Positions 1 to 14,292 of a stretch of DNA of 64,000 bases are shown here, piece after piece. The stretch is from Girardia tigrina. Lineage: Eukaryota. Position 1 is the first letter of the stretch. Each line of letters starts with the position of its first letter. Location of the stretch: positions 2,433 to 66,432 of the forward strand of contig MQRK01168300.1 of assembly GCA_001938485.1 (NCBI GenBank). Direction: 5' to 3'. The translations under genes and the position numbers were made by a program. Under the pieces are notes generated by a model, which saw nothing but the letters and a program-made list of their open reading frames with translations, did no database searches and had not been told where the DNA came from.

Positions 1-117
1 CATCTAAAATATCAATTTTCCATCTGGGTGGGAGAAACACATTTCCAAATACTAAACTCAACATACAAAATTCAACAAACCAATTTCAACATACCAAATT
101 TAAAATATTCTTCACAA
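1..117 (-). repeat. Dispersed repeat 5' end (TGTGAGGAATATT family), copy 1
   Basis: Reverse complement reads TGTGAAGAATATTT, a GT-rich tract, then TCTCCCACCCAGATGGA. The same pattern occurs at 5690, 8409, 13496, 16624 and 38822. Confidence 0.75.
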
Positions 118-119
118 TA

Positions 120-437
120 TTGAAGGTCCTCGTGGTAGAGCAGCACAGTTTTCTATCCCATTATGGAATCATTATGATGCATCTGCTGATGGATTTCCTA
201 AAACAATAAATTGTTGCGAAGGGTTTCATAATTCATTGAACTCTTTATTTCAATATAGTCATCCTAGCGTTATTATTTAATGGACCAAGTTATTTAATGG
301 ACTTAAGAAGAATATTGCTTACCAAAGATTATTCCTTAGTAGAGTGAAGTCAGGTCATATATTTACATATATTTTGATTTTTTATAGTGTAGTTTTGTCC
401 TTGTGTCGTTTTGTCCAATGGTGTTCTGTCCGGTCAC
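120..437 (+). mobile_element. MULE/Mutator transposase C-terminal remnant with subterminal repeats
   Basis: Translates FSIPLWNHYDASADGFPKTINCCEGFHNSLNSLFQYSHPS (MULE WN..y...prTnN..EgwH motif). It is followed by repeated GTTTTGTCC units ending CCGGTCAC. Confidence 0.65.
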
Positions 438-484
438 GCTACAAAAGTATACCGAGATATTATGTATTTTAATATTTTTTGCTC

Positions 485-817
485 TTTTTTTTCAACAAAA
501 TGGAGAATCTTGTCATCCATCTAGGTTTACAAAAACTTGGATGATAAAACTTAATATTTCCTTCTGGAAATGCCCTTCATGAAGCCCAGATTTAAATCAT
601 AAAGAGAATATATGGGGAATTATAAAATAGGAATTACGAAAAAGACGTCCTAAAATTAAAATGGATTTAAAGAATAAAATTTTAACAATATGGAATAGTT
701 TTCCCATTGATAAATGTCATGATTTATACAATTCAATGAATAGATGAATGGAAGATGCCATAAAAGCAAAGGACGATGTTATAAGATTTTAAAAAGTATG
801 TGTCCAAATTCTTTTGA
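485..817 (+). mobile_element. Tc1-like transposase 3' remnant
   Basis: Degenerate FFQQNGESCH...SPDLNHKENIWGIIK...YNSMNR, with stops. Confidence 0.7.
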
Positions 818-1951
818 ATTAGAGAACACAGTTTTTAATGCGAATAAAACTTTTATTATTTGACTTTTTATTTGATTTCTTGCAATTATTTTAGAATTAT
901 ATTTAGATTATCGTAAAATATCAAAGTATTTCATCTATTATACAAATAAGTATTAATGATTTATAATTTTTCATTTTTAATAAAATTTATTTTACGTATC
1001 AGAATACATATGAATTTGGGAAGTATTTATGCAGTTAACTAACTAGGATATCACAATTTAAAAACCTTTTTTATTGCTCCTATAAGGGTGATGAATCTTA
1101 AAATGGTTCAGTAGTTCCACAAATAAGCTGACTTGGTGCCTATTCCCGTAAGTAAAATATAATCCAAATCTCAAATCTTCACGATTCTTCAAGGGATTTA
1201 TTTACTTTGTACGGTTAGATAAACTAACTCGGCTTAGAACAAACCGAAAAGAAGCTGAAGAAGAACTGCAAGAATGTTCGGAATTCTAAATTCTTCTCTG
1301 ACACATAATATTCTAAACAATAATAAATATTTAAAAACATTAAGAAATTATTTTGAAAAGAATTTGCATATTTCAATAAAAATATTTTTTGTGGAAAATC
1401 AATAATTTACGAATAGTGAATCTTTTTTGCATAATTTATGGCTAATTATACCGATAAAATAAAAAAATAAAATAAAACGTAAATTCAACTAAAATAATTA
1501 CTTATTTTTAATTCACATTTGTGAGTGTTTTTTTGTGAATTTGTTATTAATTTGTTTTAATGACTATATCCACAATCAGGGACCCCCTCATAATTCCACA
1601 TATCTTGGCTTGATGTATCTAATGGCTTGACTTAATTTTTAGCTGCCTAATTATTACTGATAAATGACAAAAAATAGAGTAAAATAATTAATTTCAGAAT
1701 AAATTCTACTTCCGCAAGCGATGCGACACAGCCAGCGAGGGAGGGGGGTCGGATTAGTTTCGGGAATTATATTGGGAAATGGAACTATTAATACCATTAT
1801 TAAAGTCACATAATATATAATTTTACTAAAACACATTTCTTTCGGATTAGTAATATTATAATTGGTTTTCTTTTTGGAAAATAATTTTCATATTTTCTAA
1901 AATTATAGTTAGAAATATTCGAATAATAATTTCAAAAAATAATAAATGTAG

Positions 1952-2255
1952 TCCCGGCAGCTGGACCGAGTGGGGACGGCCGGTACCTATTAGACGTGCT
2001 AGGACTTGGTTCCCGGAGTTATTTCCGCGTCGGTTCGACGACGTCGGGTTGCCGATTGGGTCAGGTGATCATTGGTCGATATGGGATGGGATAGCGGTCC
2101 CGCGATCGGCTCGCGACGGTTCCGCTTCCGTGAACGCCGATACCTCTCCGTTCGTCGAAATACGGCCCGAGTGTGCGACCAACAAGACTTTGGGGATCCG
2201 TCATGCGTCACCAAATTGTGCGAGGCGATGGCGCACGGGATCCGGCCGATTGTAG
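1952..2255 (+). other. GC/CpG-rich island, possible coding exon of an unidentified gene
   Basis: Sharply GC-rich in an AT-rich background. About 100 codons are open after AAATGTAG (PGSWTEWGRPVPIRR...). No recognisable family. Confidence 0.3.
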
Positions 2256-3049
2256 CCGGTGCCGCATAGTGCGGTTTCCGTCAATATCATCATCGCGTAA
2301 AAAGATCCGAACGACGATTAATATTCAATATTGATCGAAAATATATAAAAAGGAACGTTCATAATTTTTATTCAAAACAAAAAATGATTTATTTCATTTA
2401 AAACTGTGCCACCAAATATTATTAAAACAAAAATTTCATGTTTTTTTTTAATTTTCGATCACTACAATAAAACTGATTTTTTAATTATTAATCATTTGAT
2501 TTAATGGACAAATAATTTTTATTTTATATCCTATTTATTTATTTTATTTTAATATTTGGGAAGCCATTTCTTTATCATTTTAATGTAACGTTGTAAAAAC
2601 CCTTTATCTTTAAAAATAATTAATAATAATTATTAAAAATTAACTTTTGTAGAAATTTAATCTGTATGAATCTAAAATGGACATAAAACCATGTAAAAAG
2701 ATTAATATTACCCCAATATTTCTTTTTTTGTTCGCCTTCGAAGAACAATAAAAAATATTTGTTAAAAATATAATAATACGTAATGCGCCCAAAAAACCCT
2801 TGGAATGAAGGTCTAATAATACATCAATTTAATTTATTTTTTGTGATACATTCCTTGAATGTTATAAGTAACTGAAATACAATTTGTTTTACTGTAACAT
2901 TTGCATGTATAATAAATTTTATGGACAATCATTTTTTTCGGCGTAATCTTGTATTCTCCATTGGAATGTTCTGGTATAATAAAGTTTCTTTTTTTAAAAA
3001 AAAAAGTTGTCGGCGAAGGTCAGGAATTTATAACCCGATTAAATCTTCT

Positions 3050-3911
3050 ATTTATCAATGTATTACTGAATTTAAGCATGGTAGACAGAGTGTTTTTATG
3101 AGAAAATTACCAGAAAACCTTTGGAAATTTTTTTGAACATTAAAGAAAAATTGGAAAATGTTTTAAAATTCGATAGATGCATCACAAAAAGAATGTTCAG
3201 TGACAGTCTGAACTTCAGGATAGTAAGTTTGGATTTCTCAATAAAGTCTATGGGTTTGAAAAAACTTTCTTCGAGGCTCGTTCCACTATTCCTAACAACC
3301 AATCTCATGACATTTGACCAAGTTGGAGATATTTTACTGCAAAACACGTGACAGTTGACGAAACTCAGCTCTTTTTCTATTAACCAAACACTAAACAGGA
3401 ATATAAGGATTGGAAATTCCCAAATGAGACGAGCACAAAAAAGCTAGGAGCATTAACCTGCCACCAGAAATCTTGCATAATTACAATTTTTTGGGATATT
3501 CATGTCGTGGTTTCAAGTCCAGAAAGCCAGTCCAAATGCAATATCTATTTTTTCCAGAATAATGTCCCAATACACAGAAGTAGATTCTCTACAAACGAAA
3601 TCGAGAAGGCTGGTTTCCACAGCCTCAAATTCCCTTCTATTTATAGGACCTAGCTACGAGTGATTTTTTACGCTCCTCCATCTCAAGAAACACCTACGAG
3701 ACATTTAACCTCAAATAAAATCAAAAGTAGAATCAAGAGATGGAGCAAGAATACCTTCTTGGAGCTAGTAAGACGCTGGGAGAATGTGTACCGAATGGTG
3801 GGTCCTATTTTGAAAAATAAATGCCTGTACATACCCACCAATGTTAGTTAAAAATTAATTCATGTGTCGTGTTCTTTTCTACTTCATTCCGCGTATTTAT
3901 TGGACGCACTA
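3050..3911 (+). mobile_element. Decayed mariner element
   Basis: Remnants of the LVP, VTVDET, FFQNNVPIH and DLATSDF motifs. TIR-like end ...CCGCGTATTTATTGGACGCACTA. Confidence 0.7.
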
Positions 3912-4299
3912 CATAAAATAAAATCTTCTTGATAGATAAATTAATGTTAGTAATTTTATTAATTAAACGATCAACAAATTTAGAACTTAAACTTTACAAA
4001 GATTCGTAAAGTTAGTAAATGTGATAGGATTACTTATAAATTTAATGTGTCTGATCATAAAAATATATGAATGGTAGGGGATGAGAAGCCTCACCAACGA
4101 TTGCTTATTCATCTGACTCAGTGGGTTGAACCGGAGTCTTAAACGATAACAAAAATGACACCCAATTTGTACTTATTAAAACAAAATACATTATTTTTGT
4201 TCTGATTTAATCTCATTGTCATAATATAATAAAATACATAAAATCGAAATATACCGATCCTGAAGCAACACCACATTTATTATCATACAATTTTAGTTT

Positions 4300-5690
4300 C
4301 TGTTGAAAAATGAATTTTTAAGTTTCTTCAATTATTAGAAAGAGAATAGATGAAACGACAAAAAGTAATTAACTGCCAACAAATTCAGATCAAAAATACA
4401 CTTTCATTTTGATATGGGATAATTGTTTCACTTGGAGCAGAAGAATTCTCTTTTGATTGTGGAGAACAAGAACATCTCTTTATCCTTTTTTGTTCCTATT
4501 CCCTTTTTCCCAAAACGATTTCTGGCAAATCTTTTGCTTTTGGTCCTTTGTTATTCAATTCGGATAATTCGGATCTTTTGTTCAAATTTCTTTTAGAAAG
4601 AATTGTTTTATTTATGTATATAATTTCTTTGAACGAATATTTTTTGTGGTTTTTGTTTCTAGAAATTTTAATGCGAATTTTCGTAAAAAAAGCAAAATAT
4701 TTGATTAAAGAATGAAATTTTCAATTATACACTTTGTCATGATGAAACCCAATCCAAATGTACTATAAACCTTTTTAATAATAAGTAACTTTTATAAACA
4801 CTCTTTATATATCATTTTAGTTTATATTTTTTGTTTGCTCTTTTTCAGCTCTAAAAAGGTTCAACAGGTTTTATAAGTTTAGTTTCTCCGATTGTTTTTC
4901 ATCAATCTTTGACTCAATTTCTTCTTGGTTTTGTGATCTCGATCGAGGTTCGTTGCTCATACTCATGAGAAGTTAGTTCGTTCATTTGAGCATTTCGAGT
5001 AAGATCATAGCCTTTGTTTTTTAATCTAAAGAGAGTCTGTACTTTCTGCTAAAGTCCTTCCTGAATCCAGAAATAATGCATAGACAATGTATCAATTATC
5101 GGATATTTCTAAAAATTTGTATTTTTGAACCACATATTCTCACATTTTAAATAAAGATTCCAAAACACAACGTTGAACATTGCTTTCGCATCAGTATCTT
5201 GTTCGAGAATCAAAAAGTTATTTTTTGTCAATTGTTAAGAGAACTCAAACATTTGACAGAACATTTATTACATTCACATTTCTTATCATCTCTATGATGA
5301 TCAATAGCATTGCTTTCACTTAGATCCATCACTCAATGTTTAATACTTCTCATTTCAATCTGAACTAACTTGAAGAAAATTATTTTATTTAAATTATTTA
5401 ATTTAAATTTTATTGGCTAAAATAAAATTATTTTTATACATTATTTTTAAACAATAATTGGATTATTAAAAATTTACAAAAATAAAATCAATAAAATTAT
5501 TTAAAATTTACAATAATAAAAATCAAACATTTGAATATTAAATCCAAATTTAAATAAATTAGTTTCAGATTATAAAAAAATAAATATTAATCATCCATCT
5601 GATTAGGAGAGACACAATCCCAAATCAACACACAACATTTACACATGCAAACACTACACAAAAACATCAACACACCAAATATTCCTCACA
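4300..5690 (-). mobile_element. Longest copy of the TGTGAGGAATATT family with a decayed ORF
   Basis: Terminus at 5690. The ORF start MRSIKH...CECNKC is homologous to 39108 and 13859. The 3' extent is approximate. Confidence 0.55.
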
Positions 5691-7999
5691 TCAGTCAAAA
5701 TCGGAGAATATTTCAAATCAATTAATCGAATCTTTTTATAAATCAAATATCGAAATCAATCGGATAAATTTGACGATTTCTCAAAAAAGAAAACATTTAT
5801 TCGATATGAATTCTGAAATATCTCACCATGGAAAATCATTGAGAAGGTTTTATGACAAATTATATTAGATAATCCCTATGAAGTACAACAATGAATGAAG
5901 TACAAATTCAGAAGCTATCCCAATGTCAACACGTCCCCTTACTCGATCCCCCTGAATAAATCCGATGAGCATCATTAAACAATTAAAAAACAAATTCATT
6001 TAATAATCACTATAAAGACTTCGAAAAATAGTTTTAGACATAAATCTACAGAAAATACATAATTTTATGACTTTTAAATACAATTGTTAAAACATGAATT
6101 TATTTCTTTAAATTTGACAATATTTAAATCTTTAAAAAACACTATAAAAATTAAATAAAGAATAGAAAATTATTTTATTTTCGATAAATGCAAAAAAATC
6201 ACATCTGTTTTCAGTTTATATATTTTTAAAAATAATTGTAATTAGAATAAAATTTTTATCACTGTTTTCGTTATTTTATTGTTTTAGCCAAACGTGTCTT
6301 CATCTGCTCGTTGAGTTCTTGCCGTAGTCCAGCTGTTTGGCCACCCCCTCCAGCAACATTGCCTTCCCAGATTCACAATTAAAAAAAATTAATTAATTAA
6401 ACAAAAAATTAAATTTCCTAATCAAAAACGAATGTATTTTATGAGAAAATTCTTTTTCCGTTCAAATAGTTCAATTTAAACGTAAAATATATAATTTAAA
6501 GAAATATATTCAAAATAAATATAATTAATATTTTTTTGTAATAATTAGTGTCATTATTTGAAATTCTACTTTTAAATTTATTATTAATTAAAATTAATGT
6601 TTTATAAATTACAAATATTTAAAAAATTTTAATAAAATAATTAAAAACAAATTTTTTTTAATTAATTAAAAATATTTTGTAATATTATAAAAATAAATTG
6701 ATATAAAAAGATTTTTTCCACTGATTAAATCTCGAATAATAATAATAATAATAATATATCAAATTAAAGAAAATAAATTTTTTTGAAAAATGAAAACAAC
6801 ATTTAAACAAAATATTAAAAAAAATCCAATTAATCATTAAAACAAATTATCTTGCAAAAATAATTGAAATTTTAATTAAATTTCATTTTTAATTGATAAT
6901 TTTATATTTCATTGTTAAAAAAATAAATTTTTTTAAATGCACAATGGAAACTTTTGCAGGACAATGGAAAAAGAATTATCGTCATTAAAATGAAAAGGTT
7001 ATCAATTTTCAGAGAAAACAATGGACCCCCCTTGATTTATTTTCTAGTTTTTTTTAATTGCGTTTTTCTTCCAATTGTTGCCATTTAACAATATTAGTTT
7101 GACAATTACACAGGATATAATATAATATAATATAATATGTAATATAGTATGATATGATATTTTACATAAATAATATGTTATAATAATAATAAAAATAATA
7201 ATAATAATATCAATAATAATAATTATCATTATTATTAATCCTATAATTTTAAAGCTATTTTTCTAAAAAAATAATAATAACTATAATTACACTGGAGGAA
7301 TAAATTCAGAAAGAGTTAATTTTTCACTATTTAAGAATAATATTAATGAAAACATTTTTCTTTTCTCTTGCAGAAAGATTCTTAGAGAATATAAAACAGT
7401 GCTAATTATATTTATAGAATAATTGCAGAAAACGCATCGTTTTATTCCCCCGGGTCATTTGCAACTGTTTTTTGAATAAAGATTTGTTATACACGAAGAT
7501 TCTTTACAATAACTATTGTTCGCAGGTTGGAGAAGAAGAAACGACTTAACAGTTTTAAATGTTTCCATTTAGAAAAGAAATTTTTTCTTGTTTTGTTCTC
7601 TTTATTCTTCTAAACTTGTTGTTGTAAATAGAAATGAGGGAAAACTGTTTTAATAACAGTAAGATTTTTTTAAAAGACTGAATTTTTATTGAGGTTTATT
7701 TGTATTTTTACATAAAAGATTGTCCGGGAAATTCCCGTCGTTTTAAGTTTGTTAGTCACGTTTATGCCACTTCCACTATCAGCAAGTTCGCAATTCATAT
7801 TCACCACAAAATATTATTTCTGATAACAAAACACTTATATAAACAAATTTCCCGTTAATTTAATCATTTCGCCGAAATTCAGTTTATTAAATTTTTCTAT
7901 CAATTTAATTTTTAAAATTTACCTTACAATTATAAAATTTATTTTAAATTATATTTATAAATTATCAGAAAAAAAATTAATTTACTAATTGTAAATCCA

Positions 8000-8400
8000 T
8001 TGATTCATGGATGTGTTTCATATTTATAACATTCCCGTCGTGCTATAGAATGACTTTCAAACTAGTTTTGCTTGAATTCATGAACAATCCCCATTCTCCA
8101 GGTATATGAGTGTATCCCATTCTAATAATTAATCCTTCCACATCATTTCAATAGCAAAATATCCTTGCTTGGACAAAAAACTATATAATTGTAACTGCAA
8201 TGAATTTTGTTCCCTTTTTAAAAAAGATCCTTACAATAATCGAAATCAAAGAAGCTCTTCCTTTTCTTTTGAAAGTAAATGATGCTTACCAGATCATAAG
8301 GTTCTTCTTGGGTTACAATATCTAAGGCATCAATATTGTCTCCATTACTTGTAAACTATATCATTTACAGGAACATAGATGGCTTTAGTGTTAATGAGCA
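8000..8400 (-). mobile_element. Chapaev3 (CMC) transposase remnant
   Basis: Minus strand gives EWGLFMNSSKTSLKVIL*HDGN, matching the EWRLFIDSSK.SLKAVLLHNGN motif. Confidence 0.65.
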
Positions 8401-8408
8401 ATCAGAAT

Positions 8409-8510
8409 TGTTAAGAATATTTTAAATGATGTTTATTGTATGTTATGTTTGAAGTTGTTTTTAGGATTGTGTATCTCTCAACCGGATGAAGATTGATAAT
8501 TTTAATGTTT
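8409..8510 (+). repeat. TGTGAGGAATATT family, degenerate copy
   Basis: TGTTAAGAATATTT, GT-rich tract, then TCTCTCAACCGGATGAA. Confidence 0.55.
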
Positions 8511-8594
8511 TGAACATTTGGATTATTCGGACATTTTTAAAATGTATATAGCACCTTTTAAGTTAAATTTATATATTTAGTCAATAAATATATA

Positions 8595-10134
8595 CAGGGT
8601 GTGACAAAAGTAACGCAAAACATGAAATTTAGATAGAATATACATGTAAAACATTAAATTTTTATTCAAACACAACTAAAAACGTCGTTTCAATTCATGT
8701 TCGAATAGTAATTCAGTCTTCGAAATGATGACCATCGCTGTTCAAACATTTCTGCAGCCTTGAAGATACCGACTGGCACACCCTTTGGTACAATTCATTG
8801 TCAATTGATTGTACACCATCGGTGATTGCTGCGGTCAATTCCTCGATTGTTTGAGGCTTTCTGTTGTACACCAAGTCTTTCAACGTTCCCCAAAGAAAAA
8901 AGTCCGGTGGCCATTCCATCCAACCACGTCTTCCAATCCACGAAGCTGGGAACTTTGCATTCAACCAGTCTCTCACAATAATTGCAAAATGTGGTGTTGC
9001 TCCGTCGTGCTGGAAAATGATTCGTTCACCACCTTGTATTCTCGACTNNNNNNNNNNNNNNNNNNNNNNNNNNNNNNNNNNNNNNNNNNNNNNNNNNNNN
9101 NNNNNNNNNNNNNNNNNNNNNNNNNNNNNNNNNNNNNNNNNNNNNNNNNGCACCAGACTGTGACTCCTGGAAGATTTACTTCTTTTTCGATGATCTCGTG
9201 AGGATTGTTGCTTCTCCAGTAGATGCAGTTGTGCCTGTTAATGTGACCGTTCAGCTTAAATACTGCCTCATCAGACCATAAGATGGAAATTAACAAAGGA
9301 AACATTTTCTACAGCATAAGCCAAAAATTCTTCTGCAAAGTGTAGGCGTCGATCTGAGTCGTCTTCATGGAGTGCATGAAATAATCTCGGGATGTATGGT
9401 TTCAAGNNNNNNNNNNNNNNNNNNNNNNNNNNNNNNNNNNNNNNNNNNNNNNNNNNAGCATAAGCCAAAAATTCTTCTGCAAAGTGTAGGCGTCGATCTG
9501 AGTCGTCTTCATGGAGTGCATGAAATAATCTCGGGATGTATGGTTTCAAGCCCATGCTTCTTAGACAACGGTGGAGACTTCGGTAAGAGATTTCATCACC
9601 GGAACCATCCAACTGACAAGCTATTCTGCGACACGAAGAAGTTGGAGTGGCATTGACCTCTCTCAGCACAGCAGTTTGGATATTAAAATCATTTATTACG
9701 GAAGGTCGTCCTGACTTTGGAAAGTCCCATACTGAGCCGGTGTTTTCAAACTTCTTCACGAGTCTCTGAATTGTTGATGGCTGAATTGTCTCTTTATTTA
9801 ACTCCACATTCAATTGCTTTGCTGTATTACTGTAATTGCTGCACTTATAAATGTATTTCACGGCTTTAATTCTTTCTTCGGTTGATAATCTGTTCTCCAT
9901 TATCGATTAAATGAACTCCAAACGTTCACTTTTAAATCCAATTTATGCTTAACACAAGCGATGAATCGATAAAGTAAATTTGAAATTCAAATTTTTTATT
10001 TATAAAAAAGAAAAGTTGAAACATAGAAATCGGCTGAGAAATGAGTCAAACTAATCACAGATTCTGAACGACCTTAAAAGTATGATTTAAAATTTAGTCG
10101 TTCCAAGATTTTGCGTTACTTTTGTCACACCCTG
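8595..10134 (-). mobile_element. Full-length Tc1/mariner-superfamily element (rosa/DD41D-like); transposase 9900..8713
   Basis: Perfect 26-bp TIRs (CAGGGTGTGACAAAAGTAACGCAAAA) and a TA TSD on both sides. Motifs KKFENTGSV, WSDEAVF, FQHDGATPH, WIGRRG, DFFLWG. The ORF is broken by N-gaps. Confidence 0.92.
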
Positions 10135-10410
10135 TATAATGTTAGATGTATTTGGAACATCAGCCACATTATCGATATTAAAAGACAACATCAATTATCA
10201 ACTTTTTATTTATCAAAAAAAAAATGCAAAAATACTCTTTTTTTTAACAAATTTAATTGAAATTAAATTCATTTATTTTTTTTATTTTGAGAAACTATTT
10301 GTTTCCCAAATCTCAAACCGGTATAATAAAAATAAATATAGCATTGATAATTCATTTTACTTTCTTTTAATTTTCCACGATTAAATATGTTTGTAAAATA
10401 CATAACACAT

Positions 10411-11092
10411 AGAGGGAGGGGGTCTAAAACTTTGTTACGTCACAAAAAATGATTATTATTGTAATCTTTTTTTCAAAAAACAATAAATAATATAATGCTT
10501 GATTTAACATTAGAATTAAATGAATTATGTAAATTTTATTATACGATGTATTACTTCTAAAGTCTCTATAATTCCATTCACATTTAAAACTGTAAAACTT
10601 TTCAAAAATTTAATTTTTTTAAAATTTTAAATTTTTAATCTCTAACATGTATTTATAATGGGAATAAATTTTATGCATATTCATTTTATAGTTTGACTTA
10701 AATTTTTTTACGTCATCAAAAGATTCGAGGTCATAAATCTAAAAAGATACTACGAAAAGAGGAAAATCAAGTACTTGCAATAATTGAAGATAATTTTGGA
10801 GCTGAATGCGTCGAATGGATCCAAGAAAATCTTTTTAACGAAGAAATTATTGAGTTGTCAATGCCCGAAGAATATGAATTATAGGAAAATATGTCAATTT
10901 TTACAATTGAAGAACATTTGGGAAAAAATGATGAGAAATAAATTAAATATTGTAGTTTATATATTTTTTGTTTTTGTCATTTGTGACATGACACCTAGGG
11001 GGTCTTATAAAGGCGTGACACTTTGTGACAAGGGGGAGGGGAGGTCTAAAAATCCAAATTTTCGCGTTGTATATTTTACGAACGAGCCCTAA
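10411..11092. mobile_element. Unclassified non-autonomous DNA transposon remnant
   Basis: GGGAGGGG(A)GGTCTAAAA subterminal motif occurs twice. MITE-like terminus ...ACGAACGAGCCCTAA. Confidence 0.35.
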
Positions 11093-13216
11093 TTTCATTT
11101 TCTTGTAATAAACTTCCGAAATTTTATCATAATAAACTTTATTTTATTTCTTGATTTTTTCTAAATTTAAAAATTCTACTTTTAATTCAACTATTTTTTT
11201 TCAAAAATTTTTAAAACGTTTTTCAAAAATTCTTAATGTTTAATAATATTTTAATTAAAATATTTCAAATCTTTTTGAAAATGATTTTAAATATTTCAAT
11301 AGTATATTGTAATTAAAGATTTATTTAATCGTAAATAATACATTTTAAATGAATTCAAAATATTTTTGAAAATAATTTGAAATTATTTTAGTAAATAATT
11401 TTTAATTTTAATTTGTTCGAATAAATAGAAGTTTCGAAATAGAATTTAAATTTATCAATCAAGAACAATGTATAATTACGAAAGTTTTGTGGCGAATTGT
11501 CCTGGAGGCGAATCGAGTTGCTATGCCAATAAGAGTATTGGAAATCACATTAGTGTTCTTAATATGAATTATCTTCAATCTATGTTTCTATTTATATATT
11601 ATACAACAAAAATGACCATTTGTACAATAATAATCTTTGATACTAAGGAAAATAATTTTTAATATTCTTTACGTAAATTTTAGGATAAAATATAAATAAT
11701 GTCAACATATTTTAAATAGAATAATTTTTTATTTATCCTTTGTATGGGTAAAATGGGATAGAATGCGATTAGCCAAAACCCAGTCCACGATTGGCAGTCA
11801 ATAAATATTTCCATTTTAGGCTTGGCTTTGGCCTATGTATTTTTTCCATTAATGTTTTGGAAATAATTAATCGCGTTTGGATTTCATCACGCAATGTTTC
11901 TTGTTTTTTTTCAGTTCATATGGCACGTTATCCTTGCTTCCATTGAGGAGCAAGGATGATGCTGAATAATGTTTATTGACATTTCATTATCCGTTTGTTT
12001 TGGCTTTAATTTTATAATTTTTTATACTCCATTGAAACAGATATCACACAAGTTAGATTAATTGATATTTACTAAAAATTATATTATTTTAATAATATTC
12101 CACTAGTCTAAAATCATTTGTAGTTTCAAAGGATTCTCACACCCCTTCATTTGTATCTTTATCATTGTGATGAAGCAACACCCTTTAACAACGTTTCCTA
12201 AAATTATCTTTGATCTTCCTAATAAACACTGAATTTACATTTCAGAAGTTTTACAGGAACAATTCGAAATGTTGTTAAAGGTGAAATTTCTGTTTACGCA
12301 AAAGTATTCTACATGTCTCATACACTTTCTCTTAGCGAATCTTAAGACAAATTTTGTTAATTTTAACTACAAATGTGAACTCCAGCAAGTAACAAATATT
12401 GTAGTACAAGTTATATAATTAAATAAGTGTGTTTTTGGAACAATCATTTTTCCTTTCTTTATCTCTCAAAAATCTTTAGTACAAGTTTGACTATTCGTTT
12501 TCGAAGTTTATATCGTGTTATTTGTTGCTTTTTTGCTAGGATGTTTATCCCTCAAATAAAGAATCATCCCAATTTGCAAATACATTTTTATTTTGCAAAA
12601 TGTCATGGTGTTAAAATGAAATTAGAGACTTTTAATTAATGGCTTTCACAAAAGTCTCCATCAAATCAGGTCTGATGGGAAGGAGGAATGACAAGTTTGA
12701 TCGATGTCGAACTTCGAAACGATTATCCAAAGTCAGGAAACATGTTTTTGCTCTATTCAAGACAATAAAATATGCTACCTAATGTTATCATATCTCTTTC
12801 ATACTATTTATCTATCTGGTTGAAGAATGGTTCTTTCTATTATCGACCCTTTTGATACGATGTCATATGTTGTGATTCCTTCATGATTGTGATAGTCTGA
12901 TGCGATTTGCCTCAATTTTTCTAGGTATTTTAATGTTAAGCTGGGCATAATTAATTGTCTTTTCTAAACTTCAAAACTTATATTAATTCATCTTTATGAA
13001 GTTCAGGAAATCAATGTTTTTGAAAAGAAATTATCCCCAAATCAAGAGCGACTGATATATAAATCAAGAAACAAAAACTGAAGAATGTTAAGTAAAGATG
13101 TCTCAATTTTAGAAAATATAAATTAGTAACAATATTTCCTTTTTTTCTATAAAATTTAACAAATAAAAATGTCTAAAAAAAGTTAGCAAATTCATGACCC
13201 TTGTCAGGGTTATAAT

Positions 13217-14292
13217 CAGGCCCCTCTGCTGACCGCGGCCCGCGGAAATAGCATTTTGCCGCGGAATTTGCTGTTTGCCGCGGAAAACCTTACATCGACA
13301 GCAATGTCCTGAGTAAATCTCTTTATTTACAATTACAGTGCCCTCGCGATTTAAGAAACTTCGGAAAACTAAAATTTAAAAAAAAGTTGCTTAAATCGAA
13401 AAAGTTGCTTAAAACGAAAAAAGTGCATTTTTATAATTTTTCATTATCAATTCATCAACAAAATCTTAATTGATTTCATAATTAATAATAAACATTGTGA
13501 GGAATATTTAAAATTGTTTGAATGTGTATTGTCTGTATGTTGATTTAAGTATGTTGAATTTAGAATGGTGATTCTCCCACCCAGACGGAAATTGGTATTT
13601 TTTATTAAATTTAAAGGATTGACTATTCGAACATAATTAAAATAATCATTTGATAAGTTCATATCTTTAATTTCACAATTAACATTAAGTTTAATATTTT
13701 TTTGTAAAATTTAAATTAAATGCATTTTTAATAATTTAATGATATTTTTTATTATTTTGGGATTTATTGAGAAATTGTAAAAATTTTTATTTTTTTAATT
13801 AATATTTTTAGAGGTTAAATATTTTAAAAAATAACTTAAAAAATTAATAAGAAAACCAATGAGAACGATGACAAACGATGAAAGACTTTCTGAGAGCCAT
13901 AATGACTCTAAATGTAATTGCAATAAAAATTCAAATGAGACTTGTCTAAATGTTCTTAATAAACATAACATTTAAATCAAACTTAAATATATTTACTTAT
14001 TCGATACTTTTTCAAAATTTCTATTGAAGATATTTTATTTTCAATATCTCTTAAAATACAAACTTTGAGAATGTCACTGGCACGAGAGAACTTGAAGGCT
14101 TACTGCTCCTTATTTTATAACAACAGTTAATTTAATTAGACTAAGTGTAGCTATATTTATAGTTGTTATGAAATATATTTTGGATAATCATTATATAGTT
14201 TTTAATTGTTCTTCTTTATATTTGCGAATGATTCAAAATCTCCTAATCCCATCCGACCTTTTACGCCGCGCCGCAGAAAACAGAGGTACCTG
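13217..14292. mobile_element. hAT-type non-autonomous element containing a nested TGTGAGGAATATT copy (from 13496)
   Basis: Imperfect TIRs CAGGCCCCTCTG...GCGGC / GCCGC...CAGAGGTACCTG. 8-bp TSD GTTATAAT / GTCATAAT (7/8). Subterminal CCGCGG repeats. Confidence 0.75.

Noticed and set aside
2072-2269. CVTKLCEAMAHGIRPIVAGA resembles the alpha-1,3-fucosyltransferase motif
   Set aside because: It lacks FENS and TEK and stops immediately afterwards; likely coincidence.
4075-4140. B-box-like GGTTCAACCC on the minus strand (tRNA/SINE)
   Set aside because: No A-box, cloverleaf or TSD.
7044-7229. Short I/Y/F/K-rich ORFs here and at 10139, 32594, 43434 and 46863
   Set aside because: Translations of microsatellite or AT-rich noise.
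9314-9550. 93-bp direct duplication inside the transposase
   Set aside because: Identical copies flank an N-gap, which points to a scaffolding artefact.
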